DNA of 64,000 nucleotides from Candidatus Micrarchaeota archaeon. Its GTDB lineage: Archaea; Micrarchaeota; Micrarchaeia; Micrarchaeales; CABMGC01. The notes under the pieces are model-generated. The model worked only from the letters and a program-made list of their open reading frames with translations, was not told the origin of the DNA and ran no database searches. This document shows positions 1 to 9,454 of this stretch, piece by piece (position 1 is the stretch's first letter; each line of letters opens with the position of its first letter). The translations under genes were made by a program, and so were the position numbers. The DNA is taken from assembly GCA_021850805.1 (NCBI GenBank), contig JAJZKO010000003.1:8246-72245 (forward strand), given 5' to 3'.

Positions 1-2
1 GG

Positions 3-1259
3 GGCGCAATACAAGACGCCGCTGATAATGAAGGCTCAAAGAAAAAGGTAATTGAGGTAGCACAGGCATGGATTGAAAATCCCGGATATCCAATAGTAAG
101 TGTTTCAAATTCCGGAACAGGAATCTCGGTATCGCAGGAAAGATACTTCCTACTAAAAGACAGTAAGGACAGTACACTCTGGCCTATCCCGATTTCCTAC
201 AAGACATCAAAAGGCAATGCTTCCTCCCTGCTCGAAAAGAAAAGCGGAAAAATAAATGATCTGAAGGATGGACTGATAAACGGCGAGAGGACTGGATTCT
301 ACAGAGTCAGATATTCCAAAGAGATTTTAAGTCGGTTATTTGAAAGAATTGAGAAACACGAACTGAATGGCAAGGAAGAATGGGGCATAATAAACGATCT
401 TTTTGCCCTTGCAAGATCCGGGAGGGCAAGAGCTGATGAATATCTGGATTTTGCGGAAAATTATCATGAAGAGCTAAGCTATCCTGCAAACTCTGCAAAC
501 CTTCGCCATCTTATATGGCTCTCAAAAATGCTTCCAGATGGTGATGAAAAGCAGAGGGCTACCAGACTCACTGCAGAATGCGGCTTCTCGATTCTAAAGA
601 AACTAGGCTGGTCTAAGAAGAAAGGCGAGCCAATAATAAGCACAATGCTAAGGGGAAATGCGATATACGCATCAGCATTCGGCGGCAAGGCAGATGTCAT
701 ATCCAAGGCAAGGGGGCTTTTTGACGAATATATGCGCCAGAGCCCTTCAGCAGACCCTAACATAATGGGCCCGATATACAGCATAAATGCGATGTATGGC
801 GGCAGCAAGGAGTTCTCCAAGTTTACAAGAAGGTTCGTTGAGGCCCGTATGCCTGAGGAGAAGCTCAGGATACTCGGTGCAATAGGCCAATTCAGGGACA
901 AGAAACTCTTGGAAAGGGCCCTGTATCTATCAACGTCAAATAAGGTCCGCAAGCAGGATTCAATATATATACCTGCTTCAGTATCGTCCGATCCTTCAAA
1001 CTTAGATCTCCTGTGGGAATGGGAGACTAAGAACTGGAAGGCACTCATGAGCAACTATGCAAGCGGCACGCACATGCTGGGAAGGTACATAGAAAACTTT
1101 GGATACTCATCAAACAGGGAGACAATCCACAGAATCAATGAATTCTTCGGAAAGAAGGGAAACATGCGCAACGATCTGAAGAAGCCGATACGGCAGACAG
1201 CAGAGATAATAACCTCAAATGCAAACTTTTCAGCTGCAAACTGTTATAAAGAGAAGTGA
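3..1259 (+). CDS. M1-family aminopeptidase (aminopeptidase N / tricorn-interacting-factor-like), C-terminal part; 5' end lies outside the window
   Basis: Frame 3 is open from the window edge into the listed 528..1259 ORF. My translation of 3..527 gives ...ERTGFYRVRYSKEIL...WGIINDLFALARSG..., matching the GFYRV-Y motif and helical ERAP1-C-like region of M1 aminopeptidases. Confidence 0.6.
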   Translation, partial: GAIQDAADNEGSKKKVIEVAQAWIENPGYPIVSVSNSGTGISVSQERYFLLKDSKDSTLWPIPISYKTSKGNASSLLEKKSGKINDLKDGLINGERTGFYRVRYSKEILSRLFERIEKHELNGKEEWGIINDLFALARSGRARADEYLDFAENYHEELSYPANSANLRHLIWLSKMLPDGDEKQRATRLTAECGFSILKKLGWSKKKGEPIISTMLRGNAIYASAFGGKADVISKARGLFDEYMRQSPSADPNIMGPIYSINAMYGGSKEFSKFTRRFVEARMPEEKLRILGAIGQFRDKKLLERALYLSTSNKVRKQDSIYIPASVSSDPSNLDLLWEWETKNWKALMSNYASGTHMLGRYIENFGYSSNRETIHRINEFFGKKGNMRNDLKKPIRQTAEIITSNANFSAANCYKEK

Positions 1260-2576
1260 ATGCCAATGGATGCGAACAACAAAGCCCTCGAGCTCCACAG
1301 GATAAGCAGGGGCAAGATCGAGATAATGCCTAAGGTGCCGCTTAGCAATTCAGATGAACTTTCTGAATTCTATACTCCTGGAGTCGCAGAAGTATCAAAC
1401 GCCATACATGCAGAGCCTGATAAAGCATATGAATATACCTCAAAATCGAATATGGTTGCAATAATATCCGACGGAACACGGGTCCTTGGTCTTGGAAACG
1501 TGGGCCCTGAAGCTGCAATTCCAGTTATGGAAGGGAAATCTGCGATATTCAAAAGATTTGGCGGGATAGACGCAGTGCCAATATGCATAGCCGAGAGGGG
1601 CGAAGAGGAGATAATAAGCTTGGTAAAGGCCATCTCGCCATCATTCGGAGCGATAAACATTGAAGATATAGAATCACCCAAGTGCTTCAGGATCCTTGAG
1701 AGGCTCCAGAAGGAGCTTAACATACCAGTCTTTCACGATGACCAGCAGGGCACAGCCGCTGTTGTTCTTGGTGGGATAATCAATTCGTTAAGGCTTTCGG
1801 GTAAAGGGAAAAGCTCAAAAATCGTAATACTCGGCGCAGGGGCTGCAGGTTACGGGATTTCAAAACTGCTCCTCGCGTACGGGTTAGATAATATAATCGT
1901 TGTCGATTCAAGCGGTGCAATATACAAGGGGCGCAAGGGAGATATGACTCCAGAAAAGATGATAATATCTGAGGCTACTAACAAGGGAATGTTCATGGGG
2001 TCTCTTGAGGGTGCAATGGAGAATGCTGATATATTCATAGGAGTCTCATCAAAGGGCAAGATAACAAAGGAAAACATAAACAGCATGGCTGAGAAACCCA
2101 TAGTATTTGCCCTATCAAATCCGTATCCTGAAATAAGCTACGAAGACGCGGTAGATGCTGGCGCTTTCATAGTTGCTACTGGGAGAAGTGACAAACCAAA
2201 TCAGGTAAACAACCTCCTCGCCTTTCCAGGAATAGTCAAAGGGCTCTTGGAAACTAGGGCACACGCAATAACAGAGAAGACCCTACTGGCTGCGGCAAAG
2301 GAAATAGCTCTTTCAGCGGGAAAAAATCTTGCCACTGACCATATACTTCCAAGAATTGGAGACAGGGGATTTGAGACTTCGGTAGCACCTAGAGTTGCCG
2401 CCGCAGTAGCAGAGGCGACGGTTGCGCAAAGGTTGTCAAGGATAACAGTAGGAAGGGAAGAGGTACTGTCATCTGCAAGATCCGCAATTAGGCGCTATCT
2501 CAGGATAGAAGCCAGACTTGTCAAGAAAGGGTTCTATGCAAATGGAGGCAATTCCTCGAAGCAAAGCAATGCCTAA
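1260..2576 (+). CDS. NAD(P)-dependent malic enzyme (short prokaryotic type)
   Basis: 438 aa with YTPGVA, GTRVLGLGNVGPEAAIPVMEGK, FGGIDAVPI, NIEDIESPKCF, FHDDQQGTA and the Rossmann GAGAAG motif. Confidence 0.85.
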   Translation: MPMDANNKALELHRISRGKIEIMPKVPLSNSDELSEFYTPGVAEVSNAIHAEPDKAYEYTSKSNMVAIISDGTRVLGLGNVGPEAAIPVMEGKSAIFKRFGGIDAVPICIAERGEEEIISLVKAISPSFGAINIEDIESPKCFRILERLQKELNIPVFHDDQQGTAAVVLGGIINSLRLSGKGKSSKIVILGAGAAGYGISKLLLAYGLDNIIVVDSSGAIYKGRKGDMTPEKMIISEATNKGMFMGSLEGAMENADIFIGVSSKGKITKENINSMAEKPIVFALSNPYPEISYEDAVDAGAFIVATGRSDKPNQVNNLLAFPGIVKGLLETRAHAITEKTLLAAAKEIALSAGKNLATDHILPRIGDRGFETSVAPRVAAAVAEATVAQRLSRITVGREEVLSSARSAIRRYLRIEARLVKKGFYANGGNSSKQSNA

Positions 2577-2581
2577 TTAAC

Positions 2582-3802
2582 CTACCTGTTTATCTTCGTC
2601 GTAAACATGCCGTTATAACTTATAGCGAGCAGTTTTGGAGAAGGCTCATTAGCAGTCTTAAGATAAGAAACTCCATAGAAAGAAAGCAGAGGGAACAGGT
2701 ATATAACAAGAAGAGTTCCTGCAGGCAATGCAACGATGGCAAGCAGCAGGAGGCAGATCCCAAGCCTTGAAAAGTTCAGGTAATACTCTCTATTTATCCA
2801 AAAAAGTGATCTGTCGATTCCATGCTCCTTCTCAACAAGAACAAGAAAATTTGTCGTAGCCTTGTTGTTGAGCGGCGCGTTTACCAGGGCATATACAAAA
2901 GAGAAGAAAAATACATTTATAGGAGGCGGCATGAAAGACGGAAATACAAGGAACAAGCTGGAGGCTATGGTTGCAACAATTCCTACTCTCACAAAAGCAT
3001 TCCATCTTTTGAATCCCCTCCTAAAGATAAGCCCCGATACCGTGGAAACGAGAAGCGTAAAGCTTACATAAACTCCGACAAGGAAGTAATTGGAGGTTAT
3101 CTGGAATACGTATATCGGCATTACTATGGAAAATGGCACCGCAAAGAGCTGGCTAAAGAAAAAGAGGCTCTTGAAGTCGGAGTATCCATGAACTTTTATC
3201 AGAGTGTCCTTAAGCCTGAATTTCTTCCCCTGCTGTATGTTGTGCACATCCAGTTTTCTTATTGCCAGCACAGATGAGAGCAGTACTGCCGCTGCAACCG
3301 CGAAGTCCATTACGAATCTACTGCTTCCTGCAGTACCTGCAAACTGCACCAGTGTTCCTCCAAACAGGGGAGATATCATGGCTATTACGCTGCTCAGTGC
3401 ATTTATTGTCGAGATGAGTGCAAACCTGTTCTTCTTTAGGGTTATATCATAGAGTATGTTATTGCTTCCAGCCCAGAAAAGGCCGCTTGAGAGTCCGTAT
3501 ATGAAGCCGAATATCATGACATTCGAAAAGTAGCCTATGGCCACTATAAGTGTAATCAGTATTGCCACCCTAAACACTTCTCCCGCAATGAATAAGTCTC
3601 TAGGCATAAATCTGTTCATGAGGTATCCCGAAAGGGTGAACATCAAGAAAAGCCCTGCAGTCAGAGCCAACTGGAAATACAGGACTGCAGCATACGACCC
3701 AGAAGAGAAGAAAAACAGGTTAAGAAATACGCCGACTATTCCCTGAGAGAATGTAAATAGGAGAAAAGACAGGTAATATCTTTTTATATTGTCAAGATTC
3801 AT
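2582..3802 (-). CDS. MFS-type multi-pass membrane transporter
   Basis: 406 aa with about 12 hydrophobic segments arranged as two halves, and a basic loop after TM2. No specific substrate signature recognised. Confidence 0.55.
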   Translation of the reverse strand: MNLDNIKRYYLSFLLFTFSQGIVGVFLNLFFFSSGSYAAVLYFQLALTAGLFLMFTLSGYLMNRFMPRDLFIAGEVFRVAILITLIVAIGYFSNVMIFGFIYGLSSGLFWAGSNNILYDITLKKNRFALISTINALSSVIAMISPLFGGTLVQFAGTAGSSRFVMDFAVAAAVLLSSVLAIRKLDVHNIQQGKKFRLKDTLIKVHGYSDFKSLFFFSQLFAVPFSIVMPIYVFQITSNYFLVGVYVSFTLLVSTVSGLIFRRGFKRWNAFVRVGIVATIASSLFLVFPSFMPPPINVFFFSFVYALVNAPLNNKATTNFLVLVEKEHGIDRSLFWINREYYLNFSRLGICLLLLAIVALPAGTLLVIYLFPLLSFYGVSYLKTANEPSPKLLAISYNGMFTTKINR

Positions 3803-3816
3803 TTTCCCATCTTGGG

Positions 3817-4245
3817 TTATTTCGCATTAACCCCAAGCAGAGCTACATCCGCAGCGCTGCTCCCATAAAATTTAAGATCCAGAAACCTGAGTATAACAAC
3901 TCCGTTCTCGCTTGCAAAGGCCTCAATGCCTTCCCTGTCATCGGAGAAAATCAAGAAGTCTCTTGAATCTTCAACACTACACTCAGACACGGCATCATCT
4001 ATCCTGTCTCTTCCACTTATAAAAAGCATCATCTCTATATTTGCGTTTCCTGAATTCATCCCACCCTCGTTTAGTCTTACGTACGCATTCAGATACGATG
4101 GCAGGAGTCGCCCCAAAAACTCCTTCTTGTTCTTAAGTAACAGCATAAAGTATCCTTTTCCGAAAGAAGAAGCCGCTTTCTTCAGTCTTTCAGCATTAAC
4201 CTCTGAAGTGCATTCTGCAGCACTCCCCGGACCGAGGGAACCCAT
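3817..4245 (-). CDS. Cgi121-like KEOPS subunit (tentative)
   Basis: 142 aa. The segment IEMMLFISGRDRIDDAVSECSVEDSRDFLIFSDDRE resembles the archaeal Cgi121 core (E-hh-h-SG-RQI--AI...) as I remember it. Confidence 0.45.
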   Translation of the reverse strand: MGSLGPGSAAECTSEVNAERLKKAASSFGKGYFMLLLKNKKEFLGRLLPSYLNAYVRLNEGGMNSGNANIEMMLFISGRDRIDDAVSECSVEDSRDFLIFSDDREGIEAFASENGVVILRFLDLKFYGSSAADVALLGVNAK

Positions 4246-4342
4246 CAGCTCACAAGATTACCTTGGGTTTTTAAGTTAAAAAACCTGCCCTATAATCGTG
4301 CGCCGCAGCTATAGGTTTAAAATCTTTCCCATACATATCTTA

Positions 4343-4350
4343 TTTAAAAA
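4343..4350 (+). promoter_or_regulatory. TATA box (TTTAAAAA) for the S8e gene, leaderless arrangement
   Basis: TTTAAAAA begins 24 nt upstream of the ATG at 4367. The TFB promoter at 45470 has the same geometry. Confidence 0.5.
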
Positions 4351-4366
4351 TACCATAGTGTATATT

Positions 4367-4762
4367 ATGAGCCAGTTCGGATCACAACTCCATTCAAGCT
4401 CCTCAAGGAAACTATCAGGGAGCGGGAAGAAGAGGAACAAGAACAAGGACAAAAAGCGACATGAGATGGGAGGGTACTTTTCCGCTACAAAGCTAGGTGC
4501 AGAGAACAGTTACAAGAAGGTAAGGGGAAGAGGCGGGGTGCTCAAGGAGAAGCTTAAATATGCTGCAACTGTCAACCTGCTTACTAGAAGCGGGTATAAA
4601 AAGACCAATATAAAAGCAGTAGTGGAATCAAAGGACAACCGCAACTTCGCAAGGCTCAACGTAATAACCAAAGGGTCCGTAATAGATACTGACCTCGGCA
4701 AGGCCGTGGTGACTAGCAGACCAGGAAGCGGCGCGGTAATAAACGCGCGACTGATTGAGTAA
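4367..4762 (+). CDS. rps8e: 30S ribosomal protein S8e
   Basis: GKKRNKNKDKKRHEMGG...NFARLNVITKGSVIDTDLGKAVVTSRPGSGAVINARLIE is a typical S8e. The internal ATG at 4367 is preferred over the upstream GTG because the TATA box lies inside the longer ORF. Confidence 0.85.
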   Translation: MSQFGSQLHSSSSRKLSGSGKKRNKNKDKKRHEMGGYFSATKLGAENSYKKVRGRGGVLKEKLKYAATVNLLTRSGYKKTNIKAVVESKDNRNFARLNVITKGSVIDTDLGKAVVTSRPGSGAVINARLIE

Positions 4763-4798
4763 GGTGATGCAATAAGCGCAGTTGTCTATTCCTGCAAC

Positions 4799-5146
4799 AT
4801 GGCAGATGCAGAGAAGCTCAGGCGCCTTCTCTCATACGACCCGTATCTTGATAAGTCTATCTCCGTGGAGAAGCTCAACGAGATAAAAAAAGACAACTCC
4901 GCAAATGTTATATTCGCAAGGCAGGACTATCAGCTTAAGGATGGGATATCATTGGGGCTTGATAGGGAAAAATATTACCTTTACATATCCGCAACTGATG
5001 AATTTCTCTCCGAAGCGGACAAGAAACTCAAGCATGAGATACCGAGCATAGAAAAAGTGGATGCCGCCTTAACGGACAGGATCATATCTGAACTTGACAA
5101 GGAAAGATCTATGAGCGAGCACGGCCTTGGCATGATATTCGGTTAG
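4799..5146 (+). CDS. hypothetical 115-aa protein with a ribosomal-stalk-like C-terminal tail (…SEHGLGMIFG)
   Basis: Clean ORF between rps8e and argF, with charged/helical composition. No family recognised. Confidence 0.5.
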   Translation: MADAEKLRRLLSYDPYLDKSISVEKLNEIKKDNSANVIFARQDYQLKDGISLGLDREKYYLYISATDEFLSEADKKLKHEIPSIEKVDAALTDRIISELDKERSMSEHGLGMIFG

Positions 5147-5156
5147 GCGGTGCCGG

Positions 5157-6050
5157 ATGAACCTGACGAAGATCACAGACCTCTCCGCAACCGATATAAA
5201 TGAGATATTCAGCATCGCCGACGCGATAAAAGCAGGCAGGCAAAAGTCAAAAATGGATAAGAAGGTCCTTGCTCTTCTTTTTGAAAAGCCTTCCACAAGG
5301 ACGCGTGTCTCTTTCGAGGCTGCGATGGCAAGGCTCGGCGGAAGCTCGATATACATAGACAAAAACACATCACAGCTCTCCAGAGGTGAGACCATAGGTG
5401 ACACTGCGATGGTGCTGAGCCAATATGTTGATTTCATAGCTGCAAGGATGTACAAGCAGCAGGATCTGGAGAATCTTGCATCCGCATCTACTGTGCCTGT
5501 AATAAACGCACTTACTGACATGGAGCACCCATGCCAGGCCATAAGCGACATATACACGATGAGGGAAAAGTCTGGCACACTTAAAGGGAAAAAACTCGCA
5601 TTTGTAGGAGATATAGCTGCAAATACTGCAAACTCACTATTGGCAGGATGCACGGCAATGGGAATAGATATTACGCTTGTAGGGCCAAAAGAATGCAGGC
5701 CAAATGCAAAGTATCTCTCAATTGCGAGGAAAAACGGTACCGTGGAGGTTATTGCTGATATGCATCACGGCATAGAAAAAGCGGATTTCATATATACGGA
5801 CACTTTTGTCAGTATGGGACAAGAGAGCGAGGCGGAGAAGAGAAGAGCTGAATTCAAGAACTTCCAGCTTAACACGCGTGCGCTCTTATACGCAAAGAAG
5901 ACAGCATTTATAATGCACTGCCTCCCTGCACACAGAGGCGAGGAGATAACGTCAGAAGTTCTGGACGGAAAGATGAGCATCGTAACCCTTCAGGCAAGGA
6001 ACAAAATGATAGTGGAAGGCGCTATACTGATATATCTTTCCTCAAAATAA
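5157..6050 (+). CDS. argF: ornithine carbamoyltransferase
   Basis: Carbamoyl-phosphate motif STRTRVSFE, DTFVSMGQE and HCLPAHRGEE. HCLPA is the OTC-type motif; ATCase has HPLPR. Confidence 0.8.
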   Translation: MNLTKITDLSATDINEIFSIADAIKAGRQKSKMDKKVLALLFEKPSTRTRVSFEAAMARLGGSSIYIDKNTSQLSRGETIGDTAMVLSQYVDFIAARMYKQQDLENLASASTVPVINALTDMEHPCQAISDIYTMREKSGTLKGKKLAFVGDIAANTANSLLAGCTAMGIDITLVGPKECRPNAKYLSIARKNGTVEVIADMHHGIEKADFIYTDTFVSMGQESEAEKRRAEFKNFQLNTRALLYAKKTAFIMHCLPAHRGEEITSEVLDGKMSIVTLQARNKMIVEGAILIYLSSK

Positions 6051-6061
6051 TGGTTGATTGA

Positions 6062-6754
6062 ATGGCCCAGAAGAAAATAATGTGCCTTTCCCTAGGCGGG
6101 AGCATAATATCGCGTGATACAGGCGTTAATGTTGAATACAGCAAGAAGCTATCAGGTCTGATAGACCACTTCAGGGACAAATACAAGTTTATAATAGTGG
6201 TGGGAGGTGGATACGCCAGCCGCTTGTACATACAGTCAACAAAGAATATAATAGAGAACAACTCTCTGCTCGACCAGGTCGGGATAGCCTTTACAAGGAT
6301 AAATGCGCTGATACTCAAGGATCTGCTTGGAAATCTCAGCGTATACCCTAATGTCATAACAAGCCTCGAAGAGCTGAAGAATTCGCTGAGCATGAATGAC
6401 ATAGTGGTGCTAGGCGGCCTCCTCCCGGGCATATCCACTGATGCCGTATCTGTTCTAGCATGCGAGGTTACAAACAGCAAGCTCCTGATAAACGTCAGCA
6501 GCACATCCTATGTGTATGACAAGCCTCCGTCGGAGGAAGGCGCAAGGAAGCTCAAGAGCCTTACCCACGAGCAGCTTGTAGAACTTGCATACAAATACGA
6601 CCAAAGGGAGGCAGGCTCACATTTCATACTGGATCTGGTGGCAAGCAAGCTGGCTAAGAGATCAAAGATAGAGATACGCTTCGTCGACGATAACATAGAA
6701 AACCTATATGCTGCCATAGAAGGCAAAGAGCATAACGGCACTACTGTAAAGTGA
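6062..6754 (+). CDS. pyrH: UMP kinase, archaeal type
   Basis: Amino-acid-kinase fold with LSLGGSI and IIVVGGGYASRLYI. The C-terminal GKEHNGTTVK matches the archaeal PyrH ending (…GDHNGTTIEP in Pyrococcus, from memory). Confidence 0.8.
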   Translation: MAQKKIMCLSLGGSIISRDTGVNVEYSKKLSGLIDHFRDKYKFIIVVGGGYASRLYIQSTKNIIENNSLLDQVGIAFTRINALILKDLLGNLSVYPNVITSLEELKNSLSMNDIVVLGGLLPGISTDAVSVLACEVTNSKLLINVSSTSYVYDKPPSEEGARKLKSLTHEQLVELAYKYDQREAGSHFILDLVASKLAKRSKIEIRFVDDNIENLYAAIEGKEHNGTTVK

Positions 6755-6780
6755 AGTCTGCAATAAAATGTGCGATGCCG

Positions 6781-7350
6781 ATGAACGGCCCAATAAAAAG
6801 ATGCGGCTGGGCATCAGCAGATCCTCTGTACATAAAATACCATGATACTGAATGGGGCGTCGCGGTACACGATGACATAAAGCTATTTGAATTTCTTCTC
6901 CTTGAAGGCGCTCAGGCAGGTCTGAGCTGGCTTACCATACTGAAAAGGCGCGAGAACTACAGGAAAGCCTTCGATATGTTTGATCCTGAGAAAGTTGCTT
7001 CCTACGACAAACAGAGGATAAGATCCATACTCTCCGAGAGTGACATAATAAGAAACCGACTAAAGGTTGAGGCTGCTGTGTCAAACGCGCAGGTGTTCCT
7101 AAGAATCAAAAAAGAGTTCGGGAGTTTCGATTCTTATGCATGGGGATTTGTAGGGCACAGGACGATAAGGAACAGCTGGGAGAGCGTGGACCAGGTACCT
7201 GCGCACAGCACAGAGTCGTCAGCAATGAGTATTGACATGAGGCAGCGTGGATTCAAGTTTGCAGGAAACACCATATGCTATGCGTATATGCAGGCAATGG
7301 GGATGGTGAACGACCATATAATTTCATGCTTCAGGTACGTGCAGCTGTAA
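6781..7350 (+). CDS. tag: DNA-3-methyladenine glycosylase I
   Basis: RCGWASADPLYIKYHDTEWGV…LFEFLLLEGAQAGLSWLTILKRRENYRKAF. The start is set at the ATG at 6781, which aligns with E. coli Tag MERCGW. The ORF is open from a GTG at 6751. Confidence 0.85.
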   Translation: MNGPIKRCGWASADPLYIKYHDTEWGVAVHDDIKLFEFLLLEGAQAGLSWLTILKRRENYRKAFDMFDPEKVASYDKQRIRSILSESDIIRNRLKVEAAVSNAQVFLRIKKEFGSFDSYAWGFVGHRTIRNSWESVDQVPAHSTESSAMSIDMRQRGFKFAGNTICYAYMQAMGMVNDHIISCFRYVQL

Positions 7351-7373
7351 CGGATCGTAATAGCCGGATGCGC

Positions 7374-8021
7374 TTATTCTGACATGCGTGCATCAAGCGC
7401 TTCTACGTTCTTTATATGCGAGAGGCTCTTTAGGGCTTCAAATGTAGCGAAAGCCATATTATATACGTCTCTCGTCCTTCCCCTTGAGAATGTCCATACG
7501 TCCTTAACTCCTGCAAGCTCTAGGACAGCCTTCACCGTATCGCTTGCCGCTATGCCTGCCCCTCTCGGAGCTGGCTTGAGTATGACCTCAGCGCTTCCGC
7601 ACTTTGCCGATGTCCTCAGCATTATGCTGTGTGCTGTGCCGCAGTTGCACTCCCACGAACCGCATCCGAGCTTTACGGATATTATGTTCTTTTTAGCATC
7701 CCTGATTCCTGTTTCTATAGATGGCTTAACTTCGACATCCTTTCCGAATCCGAATCCCACATGGCCTGCATAATCCCCTATTATAACCGTTGCTCTATAT
7801 TTCTGCTTCCTATTGTTCTTGGTCATCCTCTGTACTGACGCTATCTCAAGCACGTTATCCTTGAGCCCAGGAAGTATCCTGTCGATTATCTCTATCTCCT
7901 TTATCGGCTTACCAGTTGCAAATATCTGCTCTATGGTTGTTATCTGACCGCTGTTGACGAGCTCGCCTATCTTTGTTCTTGGTTTCCAGATTACACTTGT
8001 GCTTTCACTCTCCAAATCCAA
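7374..8021 (-). CDS. rps5: 30S ribosomal protein S5 (uS5)
   Basis: 215 aa. The dsRBD-like and S5 C-terminal pattern is present (…VQRMTKNNRKQKYRATVIIGD…GHVGFGFGK…), and the gene lies at the end of the r-protein cluster. Confidence 0.9.
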   Translation of the reverse strand: MDLESESTSVIWKPRTKIGELVNSGQITTIEQIFATGKPIKEIEIIDRILPGLKDNVLEIASVQRMTKNNRKQKYRATVIIGDYAGHVGFGFGKDVEVKPSIETGIRDAKKNIISVKLGCGSWECNCGTAHSIMLRTSAKCGSAEVILKPAPRGAGIAASDTVKAVLELAGVKDVWTFSRGRTRDVYNMAFATFEALKSLSHIKNVEALDARMSE

Positions 8022-8025
8022 TCAA

Positions 8026-8607
8026 TCACTCATTTTTCAATAGCTTTTCCTTCACGCTCGCAAATTTGACCCCCAACGATACAGGGTCAATCCCGTCCTT
8101 TATATAAGATGAAAATCTATTCTTGTAGCCATCCGGATCTTCCTTCTTCATGTCTGCTGCGTACTTCGATAATCCCGTGCAGTTGTAGAAAGAATCATTT
8201 ATGGAGAATGTGCCCTTTATACTCATTCCTCCGTCTGCACACCCCTTTCCGAATGCAAACGGTATCGAACTCGGTGACGACCTTGCAAGTCCTATGTCCA
8301 ATATATAACTTCCTTTCTTTCCATTAAGCTTTCTCCCAAGAAGAAATCCTGTAAGGTATGCCGTGGCCCTGTTTGCGCGTGAAGGCCAGCCAAGCTCTAC
8401 CAGCTCCTTCGAATCTGCACGTGCCACAATCCTGTCTCCTTTAGGATCGTATCTAACTACCTGGCCTATTACCATCCTGTTGCTCCGCCTTACGACTACC
8501 CTCTCAAATCCGCCCCTGACGAGCTTCATTCTCCTCTTGTAGTCGGTTACCGCCTCCCGTCTTCTCCTAAACTTCAAATCTTTTATCGCTCTCTCCATCT
8601 GCGTCAC
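8026..8607 (-). CDS. rpl18: 50S ribosomal protein L18 (uL18)
   Basis: RRRREAVTDYKRRMKLV…VVRRSNRMVIGQVV, in the expected position between L19e and S5. Confidence 0.9.
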   Translation of the reverse strand: MTQMERAIKDLKFRRRREAVTDYKRRMKLVRGGFERVVVRRSNRMVIGQVVRYDPKGDRIVARADSKELVELGWPSRANRATAYLTGFLLGRKLNGKKGSYILDIGLARSSPSSIPFAFGKGCADGGMSIKGTFSINDSFYNCTGLSKYAADMKKEDPDGYKNRFSSYIKDGIDPVSLGVKFASVKEKLLKNE

Positions 8608-9098
8608 TTATTATACCTACTTCTTGCGTATTCGTTAACCTGCTTCAGGTCATCGTCGCTTATATTCGCTCCTTCTTCCCTGAGGTGAAGCAGCAGGGTT
8701 GCTTTGTCCTCGTATGATGCACCCTTTATGTGCCTGTAAAACTTCCTGAATGTCTTCGAATCGACCCTCTTCATATCCCTGAGTTTCCTCAGGAAAAGTC
8801 TTTGGGATCTGACCTTTTTCTCCCATCCTATCCCTTTCCTTGCGTTGCTCGTTCCCTTGCGCCTTCCAGGGCCCCTGCGCCTTCCTTCGTCCCGCTTTCT
8901 TTTAAGCACCTTCGAGTTCATGCTTAGGTTGTGCTTCTCGGGCAAGGCATATATCCCGCCGTTCTTGACCAGCTTGCGTATATCTTCTGCCGTAAGTGCC
9001 TTCTCGGCTTCCTGCAGGGACGCACCTTTTATACGTATTGCATTTATGCCCCTGCCCATAATCCTGCCTGCAGTCCTCTTTGCAAATCTAACTCCCAT
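8604..9098 (-). CDS. rpl19e: 50S ribosomal protein L19e
   Basis: Basic 164-aa protein with RRGPGRRKGTSNAR, in the conserved cluster position. Confidence 0.9.
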   Translation of the reverse strand: MGVRFAKRTAGRIMGRGINAIRIKGASLQEAEKALTAEDIRKLVKNGGIYALPEKHNLSMNSKVLKRKRDEGRRRGPGRRKGTSNARKGIGWEKKVRSQRLFLRKLRDMKRVDSKTFRKFYRHIKGASYEDKATLLLHLREEGANISDDDLKQVNEYARSRYNK

Positions 9099-9454
9099 CA
9101 GCGCACCCTGTTTGAAACCTTTATGCCCTTCTTGTCTGCAATCTCCTGAAGCGCGATTCTCTTTCTCAAGGAAATGTCGTGTGCGAACTTGGCTACAACG
9201 TCGCCGCCTCCTATCTGCAGCAATTCCCGTTCATTATGTATGACCTTCTCAAGCGCTATACCATTTTTTCTGAATCTTACCTTTTCGCTGTTCTTATATC
9301 CTGTGTTTGGCACAGCTCCATATCCGCTCTTGTAAATCCTCTTCTTGTTGTCGACTCCCCTCTGCTTCCTCCACCGTGCCATTACCCTCTTTCTCTTCTT
9401 TGCGCCGTAATTCGGCACGTTGAATCTGGGATGCTTCCTCTTTATCATTTTCAT
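9098..9454 (-). CDS. rpl32e: 50S ribosomal protein L32e
   Basis: HPRFNVPNYGAKKRKRVMARWRKQRGVDNK. The start is taken at the ATG that overlaps the L6 stop (ATGA at 9451-9454). The ORF is open further upstream to 9517. Confidence 0.85.
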   Translation of the reverse strand: MKMIKRKHPRFNVPNYGAKKRKRVMARWRKQRGVDNKKRIYKSGYGAVPNTGYKNSEKVRFRKNGIALEKVIHNERELLQIGGGDVVAKFAHDISLRKRIALQEIADKKGIKVSNRVR

